In this document: positions 33,242-41,662 of the stretch, one piece after another
How the letters are laid out: every line of letters starts with the position of its first letter
How positions within the stretch are numbered: position 1 is the first letter of the stretch
Assembly (NCBI GenBank): GCA_043818095.1
Contig: JBDRGD010000104.1
Location: 1 to 49,201 of the forward strand
Direction: 5' to 3'
Length of the DNA: 49,201 bases
Source of the DNA: Chloroflexota bacterium
Lineage (GTDB): Bacteria > Chloroflexota > Dehalococcoidia > Dehalococcoidales > RBG-16-60-22
Made by a program: the position numbers and the translations under genes
The notes under the pieces: generated by a model
Database searches by the model: none
The model's input: the letters and a program-made list of their open reading frames with translations, nothing else
Told to the model about the DNA's origin: nothing

Positions 33242-33556
33242 ATGGATGAAGCCTTTTCCGGTAGCGCACCCAACCCCCCGGCGGTCCTCAACCGCCGGCG
33301 CTCGAACATCGAGATTATCGCCGATATGCTGCGGGCGGGGGAAAACGGCGCCGGCAAGACCCACATCATGTACAACGCCAACATGAGCTACACCCAGATA
33401 CAGAAATACCTCGACTTTCTGGTGACCCACGGTTTCCTGGACAAGACGGAACCGGGCTTTACCAACACCACCTACCAGGTCACCGACAGTGGACTGAAAC
33501 TCCTCCGCCTGATTGACAGTCTCACCGATATGCTGGGCATCAGCGAAGTAGAGTAA
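33242..33556 (+). CDS. Winged helix-turn-helix regulator, archaeal COG3432/HTH_45-like
   Basis: 104 aa. RRRSNIEIIADMLRAGENGAGKTHIMYNANMSYTQIQKYLDFLVTHGFLDK matches the pattern of the small archaeal-type wHTH family (R..EII..IL....GA.KT.IMY.ANLSY.Q...YL..L...GLL). Confidence 0.75.
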   Translation: MDEAFSGSAPNPPAVLNRRRSNIEIIADMLRAGENGAGKTHIMYNANMSYTQIQKYLDFLVTHGFLDKTEPGFTNTTYQVTDSGLKLLRLIDSLTDMLGISEVE

Positions 33557-33590
33557 CGCCCTTCTCCCTGCCGCAGAAATCAGCCCCGTG

Positions 33591-33613
33591 AAACCGCCGA
33601 ATCCGGTTTTTTT
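33591..33613 (+). terminator. Possible intrinsic terminator after the wHTH gene
   Basis: Stem AAACCG/CGGTTT with a 7-nt loop, followed by a T run (TTTTTTTC). The stem is short. Confidence 0.4.
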
Positions 33614-33752
33614 CTTTCTCCGGACCTCTTTAACCTGCCTTCATTTAATAAAAATTTACTAAATATTTATGGAAACTTAACGCTTATTTATGCGCTGCTT
33701 TATCACCGCAGGCTAGAATCAGAGATAGAGGAAGAAAAAAAGGGTATTTCGC

Positions 33753-34121
33753 GTGACCAAGAGAATCCTGATACTGGATGAAGAGGCGCTGGTGCTCGTC
33801 GCCGATAAAGATATCGTGCACCAGGTGGACGCCAACCGCGGCGAGTTGACACGTTCCGAGTTCGTCAACCTGCTCATCCAGAGCCAACTGAGGAGAAGCA
33901 CCCGGCAGTATGTGAGCCGGGAGGAGTTCTACCACTTCGCCCAGGAAATCAAAGACACCCTGCGCAATCTCCTGGAGTTCTTCCTCTCCTGGAAGATACC
34001 TGCTGCCTCACTGGAACAGGAAGGCAATCTTCAGAACTGGCTCCACAAGGTAGAGAGCATCGACGAGGCCGTCAGTGAGGCCGGGTCTCCTGACGACCCA
34101 CCCGAGGAGACCACACCCTAA
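33753..34121 (+). CDS. Hypothetical protein (possible ribbon-helix-helix-like N-terminus)
   Basis: 122-aa ORF with a GTG start. The segment GELTRSEFVNLLIQSQL resembles the helix of CopG/RHH proteins, and the C-terminus is acidic. No firm family assignment. Confidence 0.45.
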   Translation: MTKRILILDEEALVLVADKDIVHQVDANRGELTRSEFVNLLIQSQLRRSTRQYVSREEFYHFAQEIKDTLRNLLEFFLSWKIPAASLEQEGNLQNWLHKVESIDEAVSEAGSPDDPPEETTP

Positions 34122-34264
34122 CCCAACCCTCCCCAGATAGAATAGAACTATATTCTAGAACTCTCTACTATATTACAGTCCTATAACATAATCCCTTCTC
34201 AAGCTGGCGTATTCCTGTCATCATTTTCCCGTCGACACACGCGAGCGGGGGGAGGTTTTTCTTT

Positions 34265-35929
34265 ATGCCCACGGCGGCGGACTTACTCCGGCAGGGCCGT
34301 TCCGAGGACATCTGGCAGCGCTACTGCGGCTTCACCGACCTGAACCTGGAGCAGTTCATGACCATCCAGAAACGGCTCCTCCTGGAGCAGATTGAGCTGC
34401 TGAACGCCAGTCCCCTGGGCGCCAGGATTATGGGGGGCAACCGCCCCGAGACCATCGAGGAGTTCCGCCAGTGCGCCCCCCTCACCACCTACAGTGACTA
34501 CTGCCCCGAGCTCCTGGAGCAGCGGGAAGATATGCTCCCCGTAAAACCCGCCATGTGGGTGCATACTTCCGGCCGTTCCGGGGAATACCCCTTCAAGTGG
34601 ATACCGCTGACCCCGGCTTTCGCGGAGGCGCTGAGCATCACCCTTTACGGCGTGGGGAACCTTTCCCACTGCCGGGAACGCGGAGACACCACCCGGCTGA
34701 CCCCGCACCCCAAAGTGGTTTACACCGTGGCGCCCCGGCCCTATATCTCCGGAACGATGGCGAGCCTCATTGAAATGCAGACGCCGCTGGACTTCTTCCC
34801 CCAGCTGGAAAAAGCGGAGAACCTTACCTTCGACGAGAGGATAAAGCTGGGCTTCCAGCAGTCCCTCTCGGCGGGGATGGACTACTTCTTCGGGCTTTCC
34901 CTGGTGCTCGTCGCCGTGGGGGAAAAGTTCCAGCAGTCCTCCGCGAAGGTAGACCTGCGCCCTTACCTGAAACACCCCAAAGCCCTGCTGCGTCTGGCCC
35001 GGGGGGTGGCCAAGAGCCGCATGGCGCGGCGTTCCCTGCTCCCCCGTGACCTCTGGCAGGTCCGGGGCATCATCAGCAGCGGACTGGACAGCTGGGTCTA
35101 CCGGGACCGCATCCGGGAACTCTGGGGGAGGTACCCCCTGGATATCTATGCCGGCAGCGAGGGCGGGGTTTACGCCACCCAGACCTGGGACTTTTCCAGC
35201 ATGACCTTCATCCCCAACCTGAACTTCCTGGAGTTTATCCCGGAAGAGGAACACTTCAAGTGGCAGCTGGACCGCAGCTACCCCTGCCGCACCGTCCTGC
35301 TCGATGAAGTCCGGCCCGGGGAAAACTACGAGCTGGTCATCACCAACTTCCACGGGGGCGCCCTGGTCCGCTACCGCGTCGGGGACCTGGTGAAGATTAC
35401 CGCCCTCCGCAACGAGCGCCTCGGTATCGAGCTGCCGCAGATGGTCTTCGAGCGGCGCGCGGACGGCCTCCTGGACTTCAACGTCATCCGCCTCTCCGAA
35501 AAGGAAATCTGGCAGGCGCTGGAAAATACCGGCATCGGCTACGCGGACTGGATGGCGCTCAAGAACACCGGGGACATGTCCCTCCATCTTTTCGTCGAGC
35601 TGAAGAACGGTTCCCAGGTCAGCGAGGAGGCCCTCGCCACGGCGGTCTATGACCAGCTGGCCCGTTCCGATAGCGATTCCGCCGGCACGGAGATGCTCGA
35701 CGATACCTTCCGGATGCACGGTTTCGGTATCAAGGTCAAGCTGCTGCCGCGGGGCACCTTCGCCAGCTACACCGCCGCGCGGCAGGCGGAGGGGGCGGAT
35801 ATCGCCCACATCAAACCCCCGCACATCAACCCCTCGAAGAGGGTGCTCAGCATGATGGGCATCAGCGCGGGGCGCCAGGGCGTGGAAATCAGGGGCAGCG
35901 AAGAGGCGGACAAGGTGGCAGCGTCATAG
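34265..35929 (+). CDS. GH3 family (acyl-acid amido synthetase-like, adenylate-forming) protein
   Basis: 554 aa. The N-terminal region (QRYCGFTDLNLEQFMTIQKRLLLEQIELL), FRQCAPLTTYSDY, the HTSGRSG nucleotide motif and YRVGDLVKI are consistent with bacterial GH3 auxin-responsive-promoter family proteins. Confidence 0.8.
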   Translation: MPTAADLLRQGRSEDIWQRYCGFTDLNLEQFMTIQKRLLLEQIELLNASPLGARIMGGNRPETIEEFRQCAPLTTYSDYCPELLEQREDMLPVKPAMWVHTSGRSGEYPFKWIPLTPAFAEALSITLYGVGNLSHCRERGDTTRLTPHPKVVYTVAPRPYISGTMASLIEMQTPLDFFPQLEKAENLTFDERIKLGFQQSLSAGMDYFFGLSLVLVAVGEKFQQSSAKVDLRPYLKHPKALLRLARGVAKSRMARRSLLPRDLWQVRGIISSGLDSWVYRDRIRELWGRYPLDIYAGSEGGVYATQTWDFSSMTFIPNLNFLEFIPEEEHFKWQLDRSYPCRTVLLDEVRPGENYELVITNFHGGALVRYRVGDLVKITALRNERLGIELPQMVFERRADGLLDFNVIRLSEKEIWQALENTGIGYADWMALKNTGDMSLHLFVELKNGSQVSEEALATAVYDQLARSDSDSAGTEMLDDTFRMHGFGIKVKLLPRGTFASYTAARQAEGADIAHIKPPHINPSKRVLSMMGISAGRQGVEIRGSEEADKVAAS

Positions 35930-35972
35930 TACTTTAGTCAGCACTACCTTGGTGTACGCAGTTCAGCTTGCC

Positions 35973-36001
35973 TTGACACCTGGCAATTTTGGGTCAATAA
36001 T
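35973..36001 (+). promoter_or_regulatory. Candidate promoter giving a leaderless or near-leaderless transcript for the GGDEF/HD-GYP gene
   Basis: TTGACA (35973-35978), 17 nt spacer, AATAAT (35996-36001). The ATG is at 36010 and no Shine-Dalgarno sequence lies between them. Confidence 0.4.
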
Positions 36002-36009
36002 GACTTATA

Positions 36010-39000
36010 ATGAATATCTATGCCATTTTTCCGCTGCTGGCGACCCTGGCGTATATCCCGCTACTGGTCACCACGGTGAGCAGCCGTCCCTGGCAACGGC
36101 GCTACACGCTCTTCGTGCTTTTCCTCATCGCCGCCATGGCATGGGGACTTTTTGACTATTTCTTCCGCGGCAACGTCTTCCCCGGGCAGATTATCCTTGT
36201 CTGGAAGATAGCACTCATCTGCTTCCCGGTGATGGCGACAGCCTTCCACGCCTTCACCTCCTCCTTTTTCCCACGGGGACAGGGGCGCTGGCTCCCCTTT
36301 GCCTTTATCTCGCTGGGGGCGATAACTGTCCTCACCATCACCGGCTACATCGGCGAGGGGGTGGTCGTCTCCGGGAACAAGCTCTACCCGGACTACGGCT
36401 CGGGCATCATCTTCATCGCCGCCCCCCTGCTAATCCTGGCCGCCAGGAACTTTTACGTATTCAGCAAGACCCTGCGCCACCTGGACAACCCGGTACTCTA
36501 TAACCAGATAATTGCGCTGGTCATCGGCGTTATCGTGATTATCTTCTTCTCCATGCTAGCGATATTGCCCTGGGGCAGAGAGGTCCCGCTCAGCCACCTG
36601 GGCGCCATCATCAACGCCTTCGTCCTCAGTTACGCCGTCATGAGGCACCAGCTGGTGGACATCAGAATCGTCCTGCGGCAGGGGTCAGCGCTGGTAATAC
36701 TGGCGTTCTTCGGAGCAATCTGTTACTGGCTGCTACTCATCTTCTTCCACGGCATCTTCGATTTCGTTCTGGACATACGGGCAGCCTTTTCCGCCACCGT
36801 CGTCGCTATCCTGGTCGCCGCTTTCCTTTTCCGGCTGCGCGGCTTCTTCTTCGACACGATGAGCCGCGCCTTCCAGGGAGAGATTTACGACTACCGCGGA
36901 AAGCTCTCCAACTTCACCAACACGATACAGAGTATTTTCAGCCTGAAGAAGCAGGGCGGCGAGTTCCTGGAACTCATCACCAGGGCGGTCAATGTCAGGC
37001 ATGCCTGCCTGCTTTTCCCGGAAATCGGCGGGACGGATTTCCACGCCCAGATTGTCGAGCCGCGGAGCGGCGACAATCCCCTGGACATGCTGAAAATCCG
37101 CAATGACAGCCCCATCCTGAAATACCTCCGCCAGAAACAGGTGCCCCTGATGCGCGAGGAGCTGAATATCAAGCCGGAGTTCCTCGGCCTTTGGGACCAG
37201 GAAAAAAGAGAAATCGAGGAGCTGGAGATTGAACTCTTCGTGCCCCTCATCAGCCGCGACCGCCTGATTGCCCTGCTGGCGGTGGGGAAAAAGGTGTCCG
37301 GGCGGTACTCCCTGGAAGACGTCAACCTGCTGGTCAACGTCACCGAGCGCGTCGCCGTCAGCATGGAAAAAGAATATCTCCGCGAGGAACTCCGGCAACG
37401 TGAGGAGGAGCTCCGCGTCCTCAACCGCGCTAGCGCCATCATCACCTCCAGCCTGGACCTCCAGGAGACCTTCGGCGGCTTTATCGAGGAAATCCGCAAG
37501 GCCGTGGACATCAACTGGGCCGCGATTATCCTCGCCGAGGAGAGCGGCCTTTTCTTCCTCACCGTGGCGCCGACGTCGGAAGCGCCCTGGCAGATCGGGG
37601 AAAGGGTCCCGGCAAAGGACTCCATCACCGAATGGGTCATCAGGCACAAGAAGACCTTTGTCGAGAATAACCTCACGGAGCAGAGCAAATTCACCTACGG
37701 AAAATACCTGTCCCGGCACGGCGTGCGCTCTCTTGTCTGCCTGCCGCTTTTGGTCAAGGGCGAAGCCATCGGCAGCCTGACCATCGCCAGCAGGAACCGG
37801 GATGCTTACAGCCGCCAGCATCTCATGCTGCTGGAACAGCTTGCTTTCCAGACAGCGATGCCGGTGGAGAACGCCCGCCTCTACGCCCAGGTGGAGCAGA
37901 AAGCACGCGTTGACGAGCTTACCGGACTGCTCAACCGCCGCTCCCTGGACGAGTTAATCGTCAATGAAATCGGGCGTCACTCCCGCTACGGCGGCATCTT
38001 CTCCCTGATTATCCTCGACCTGGACAACTTCAAAGCATACAACGATAACTACGGGCACCTCGCCGGCGACCACCTGCTCCAGCAGATAGGCATTATATTG
38101 AAAGGCGCCGTCCGCACCGCGGACCAGGCTTTCCGCTATGGCGGCGACGAGTTCGCCATCCTCCTCCCGCAGACCGCCGTGGACGCGGCGGACCGCGTGG
38201 CCCAGCGGGTGCGCCGCCAGATTGCCCTCAAAGTGAAGTCCGACCAGGTGCCGATTACCGCGAGCCTGGGCCTGGCCTGCTGGCCCGCGGACGGCGTAAC
38301 CCCCAACGAAATCATCAGCTCGGCAGACGCGGCGCTCTATCACGCCAAGAGGGGCGGCGGCAACCGCAGCCACTGTGCCTCGGGGATGCTGCTGAATCTG
38401 GAAGAGCTGCCGGTGGTCCCCAACAAGTCCAAGGAGGACAACGGCATTCTGAATACGATTTACGCCCTGGCGGCGACCGTGGACGCCCGCAATCCCTCGT
38501 CCACGGACCATTCCCAGAAGGTGAACGAGTATACCCAAACCCTGGCCAATGCCCTGAAGCTTTCCTCCCGGGACAAGAACCGGCTGGAAATCGCCGCCCT
38601 GCTCCATGACATCGGCAAACTGGGTATCAGCGACACTATTCTCAACAAGCCGGACAAGCTGGACGAGCAGGAATGGGTCATCATTAAAGAGCATCCCCGG
38701 CTCGGCGCGGTGATTGCCAGCCGCGCCCGCCAGCTGGCACCCTGCATCGCCGGCATCCTGCACCATCATGAGCGCTATGACGGCACCGGCTACCCCAAGG
38801 GACTGCGGGGCGATCAAATCCCGCTGGACGCCCGTATTCTCGCCATAGCTGATGCTTATACCGCGATGACTTCTTTCCGCCCCTACTCCGAGACCCTTTC
38901 CCGGGAAGACGCCCTTGCGGAAATCGAAGGGGGGGCGGGCTCCCAGTTCGACCCCCACCTCGCGCAGATATTCATCGCGGAGATGAGAGAACAGGAAGTG

Positions 39001-39015
39001 CTACCCCAGAAATAA
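36010..39015 (+). CDS. Membrane sensor protein: 7TM N-terminal domain - GAF - GAF - GGDEF (diguanylate cyclase) - HD-GYP (c-di-GMP phosphodiesterase)
   Basis: About 290 aa with multiple TM helices, followed by two GAF-like regions. The GGDEF domain carries the RYGGDEF motif (GGDEF at 38140-38154) and an RTAD (RxxD) I-site 5 residues upstream. The C-terminal HD-GYP domain carries HDIGKLG and HHHERYDGTGYP. Confidence 0.9.
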   Translation: MNIYAIFPLLATLAYIPLLVTTVSSRPWQRRYTLFVLFLIAAMAWGLFDYFFRGNVFPGQIILVWKIALICFPVMATAFHAFTSSFFPRGQGRWLPFAFISLGAITVLTITGYIGEGVVVSGNKLYPDYGSGIIFIAAPLLILAARNFYVFSKTLRHLDNPVLYNQIIALVIGVIVIIFFSMLAILPWGREVPLSHLGAIINAFVLSYAVMRHQLVDIRIVLRQGSALVILAFFGAICYWLLLIFFHGIFDFVLDIRAAFSATVVAILVAAFLFRLRGFFFDTMSRAFQGEIYDYRGKLSNFTNTIQSIFSLKKQGGEFLELITRAVNVRHACLLFPEIGGTDFHAQIVEPRSGDNPLDMLKIRNDSPILKYLRQKQVPLMREELNIKPEFLGLWDQEKREIEELEIELFVPLISRDRLIALLAVGKKVSGRYSLEDVNLLVNVTERVAVSMEKEYLREELRQREEELRVLNRASAIITSSLDLQETFGGFIEEIRKAVDINWAAIILAEESGLFFLTVAPTSEAPWQIGERVPAKDSITEWVIRHKKTFVENNLTEQSKFTYGKYLSRHGVRSLVCLPLLVKGEAIGSLTIASRNRDAYSRQHLMLLEQLAFQTAMPVENARLYAQVEQKARVDELTGLLNRRSLDELIVNEIGRHSRYGGIFSLIILDLDNFKAYNDNYGHLAGDHLLQQIGIILKGAVRTADQAFRYGGDEFAILLPQTAVDAADRVAQRVRRQIALKVKSDQVPITASLGLACWPADGVTPNEIISSADAALYHAKRGGGNRSHCASGMLLNLEELPVVPNKSKEDNGILNTIYALAATVDARNPSSTDHSQKVNEYTQTLANALKLSSRDKNRLEIAALLHDIGKLGISDTILNKPDKLDEQEWVIIKEHPRLGAVIASRARQLAPCIAGILHHHERYDGTGYPKGLRGDQIPLDARILAIADAYTAMTSFRPYSETLSREDALAEIEGGAGSQFDPHLAQIFIAEMREQEVLPQK

Positions 39016-39033
39016 GTGGTGAGGAGGTAAACC

Positions 39034-39741
39034 GTGGCCGTTAAGGAGAACCATAGCCCGGTAACAGGTAATACAAAGATACAAGTGCTGCTCATCAGCC
39101 AGCAATCGCTTTTTCAGCAAGGCATCGAGCATGCCCTCGCCAGCCGCAAAGACGTGGCGATAACCTTTGTCCCCGAGGTGACCAGCGAGCTTTTTACCTC
39201 CATCGACACGGCGCCGCCGGACGTTATCCTGATGGACATCGACGGGCCGGGAGACAACGGCCTGGATATAGCCCGGAAGATGAAGCAGCGCTCGCCGAAC
39301 GTGGGCATCGTGGTGCTGACCTCCAATCCTAACGACGCCCAGCTCTTCCAGGCGCTGAAAGCCCAGGCGATGGCCTACATCGGCAAGAACCTGACCGCGG
39401 ACCAGCTGGTGGCACTCATCAAACGTGTCTCCACCGGCGAGCACCCTATCAATGAGAGCCTGGTGACCCGCCCCAAGGTGGCCGAGCAGGTCCTCAAGCA
39501 GTTTCAGGAGCTTTACTGGCGCGACCAGGCGGAAACCATCATCTCCCCGATTACCCCACGCGAGACGGAAATCCTCACCTACATCGCCCAGGGATTTCTC
39601 AACAAGCAGATCGCCGCGGAACTCGGCATCAGCGAACAGACCATCAAGAACCATGTCACCTCCATCCTGCGCAAGCTGAACGCCAACGCCCGGACGGAAG
39701 CCGTCGTCGTCGCCATTAAGCAGGGACTGATTTCCCTCTAG
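39034..39741 (+). CDS. LuxR/NarL-family response regulator with atypical receiver domain
   Basis: C-terminal HTH_LuxR (TPRETEILTYIAQGFLNKQIAAELGISEQTIKNHVTSILRKL). The receiver domain retains the acceptor Asp (VILMDID), Thr (VVLTS) and Lys (YIGKN). The N-terminal acidic pair is replaced (VLLISQQS instead of the usual DD). GTG start 18 nt after the upstream gene. Confidence 0.88.
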   Translation: MAVKENHSPVTGNTKIQVLLISQQSLFQQGIEHALASRKDVAITFVPEVTSELFTSIDTAPPDVILMDIDGPGDNGLDIARKMKQRSPNVGIVVLTSNPNDAQLFQALKAQAMAYIGKNLTADQLVALIKRVSTGEHPINESLVTRPKVAEQVLKQFQELYWRDQAETIISPITPRETEILTYIAQGFLNKQIAAELGISEQTIKNHVTSILRKLNANARTEAVVVAIKQGLISL

Positions 39742-39832
39742 CCGCGGCGGCCTTCCCCACCGCGCGCCCGGCGTCCCTCTTTGCGCCCGCAAGGTGCTGT
39801 GCTAGAATATTTCTGGGAGCACGAGGGGGAAT

Positions 39833-41656
39833 ATGCCGAGCAGCCTGATTACGGAGCAACTCCAGCACCTGCCGCCGCAGCCCGGAGTCTATCTTTTCAA
39901 AGACAGCGGGGGCAACATCCTGTACGTGGGTAAGGCCGCCAGCCTGCGCGCGCGGGTCCGTTCCTATTTCCAGAAGGGACAGCAGGTGACGCACAAGCTG
40001 CAACAGCTGGCTACCCGCACCGGCGAAATCGAGTTTTACATCACCGGCTCGGAGCAGGAAGCCCTCATCCTGGAATTGAACCTGGTCCAGCGTCACAATC
40101 CTCCCTTCAACGTCCTCCTCAAGGACGGGAAAACTTTCCCCTACCTGAAAATCAGCACGGAGGAAGAGTTCCCGAGGGTCTACGTCACCCGCCGCCCACG
40201 TGGGGACGAGGGCCGCTACTTCGGCCCCTTCAGCAGCGCCCACTCCGTCCGCCAGACGCTGAAGGTCCTCAGGGGCATCTTCCCTTTCCGGAACTGCACC
40301 CGCCACATTACCGGGAAAGACCCCCGCCCCTGCCTGGAGTTCCACATGGGGCGGTGCCTGGCGCCCTGCACCGGCGCCGCCGGCGCCCGGGAATACGCGG
40401 AGGTCATCCGCGCCGTGACCCACTTCCTGGAAGGCAAGCGGGACTCGATTATCCGGGAGATGGAGCGCAAGATGCGCCGGGCGGCGAAAGACCTCGACTT
40501 CGAGAAGGCCGCCCGCTACCGCGACCGTATCCAGGCGATGAAGCAGGTCATCGAAGGGGAGCACATCGCCACCACCGTCCGCGGTGAGCAGGACGCCATC
40601 GCTTTCGCCACGGAGAAGGACCTGGCCTTCGTGCAGGTCTTCCTCGTGCGCCAGGATAAGCTGGTGGGGCGGGAAAGCTTCGTCCTCCAGGGCGCCCGGG
40701 ATGAGACCCCCCGGGAGATTATGACCGGCTTTATCAAGCAATTTTACGCCACTAACCCCTCCATTCCCCCGCAGCTTCTCCTCCAGTACGCGGTCACGGA
40801 GAAGACCGTACTGACGGAATGGCTCCTCGGCAAGCGCGGGGGGCCGGTATCCATCCGGGTACCCCGGCGTGGTCCCAAGAAGGAGCTGCTGGACATCGTA
40901 GCGGAGAACGCCCGGCAGGGGCTGGCGCAGCTCAAGATCAAGCAATCCACCACCCCCCGGGATGTGGAAGCCGCCCTCGAGGAAATCGGGCGCATCCTCA
41001 ACCTGAAGGGCCCGCCGCAGCGCATGGAGGCTTACGATATCTCCAATATCCAGGGCAGGTCCGCCGTGGGGAGCATGGTGGTCTTCGAGAAAGGGAGGCC
41101 CAAACCGGCGCACTACCGCCGTTTCCGAATCCGCACCGTCACCGGGGCGGACGACTACGCCATGCTCCGGGAGGTTATCCAGCGTCGCTTCCGCCCGCGG
41201 GACCGGGGCGGGACCACCACACCTGACAGCTGGGCGCTGCAGCCCGACCTGGTGCTCATCGACGGCGGAAAGGGGCAGCTGAACGCGGTGCTCGCCGCCG
41301 TGGGCGCGGCAAGCCCGGTGCCTTTCGCCAGCCTGGCCAAGGAAAACGAGGCCATCTTCCTCCCCCACCGGAAAGACCCTATCCTGCTGCCGGATTCCTC
41401 CGCGGCGCTGCACATGCTCCAGCGCCTCCGGGATGAGGCCCACCGCTTCGCCATCGGCTACCACACCCGGCTACGCCACCGGGAAGGCTTGACCTCCCGG
41501 CTGGACGCCGTCCCCGGCATCGGCCCCAAGCGCCGGCGCAAGCTGCTCCAGCATTTCGGCTCGGTGAGCGCCATCCGGGACGCCTCCGTGACCGCGCTGG
41601 CCGCCGCCGCCGGGGTAAGCGAGGAACAGGCGAATAAAATCAAGGAGCAACTTTAG
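39833..41656 (+). CDS. uvrC: Excinuclease ABC subunit C
   Basis: GIY-YIG N-terminus (PGVYLFKDSGGNILYVGKA), a UVR domain (LDFEKAARYRDRIQAM), an endonuclease V-like domain and a C-terminal (HhH)2. Confidence 0.96.
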   Translation: MPSSLITEQLQHLPPQPGVYLFKDSGGNILYVGKAASLRARVRSYFQKGQQVTHKLQQLATRTGEIEFYITGSEQEALILELNLVQRHNPPFNVLLKDGKTFPYLKISTEEEFPRVYVTRRPRGDEGRYFGPFSSAHSVRQTLKVLRGIFPFRNCTRHITGKDPRPCLEFHMGRCLAPCTGAAGAREYAEVIRAVTHFLEGKRDSIIREMERKMRRAAKDLDFEKAARYRDRIQAMKQVIEGEHIATTVRGEQDAIAFATEKDLAFVQVFLVRQDKLVGRESFVLQGARDETPREIMTGFIKQFYATNPSIPPQLLLQYAVTEKTVLTEWLLGKRGGPVSIRVPRRGPKKELLDIVAENARQGLAQLKIKQSTTPRDVEAALEEIGRILNLKGPPQRMEAYDISNIQGRSAVGSMVVFEKGRPKPAHYRRFRIRTVTGADDYAMLREVIQRRFRPRDRGGTTTPDSWALQPDLVLIDGGKGQLNAVLAAVGAASPVPFASLAKENEAIFLPHRKDPILLPDSSAALHMLQRLRDEAHRFAIGYHTRLRHREGLTSRLDAVPGIGPKRRRKLLQHFGSVSAIRDASVTALAAAAGVSEEQANKIKEQL

Positions 41657-41662
41657 ACTGCC

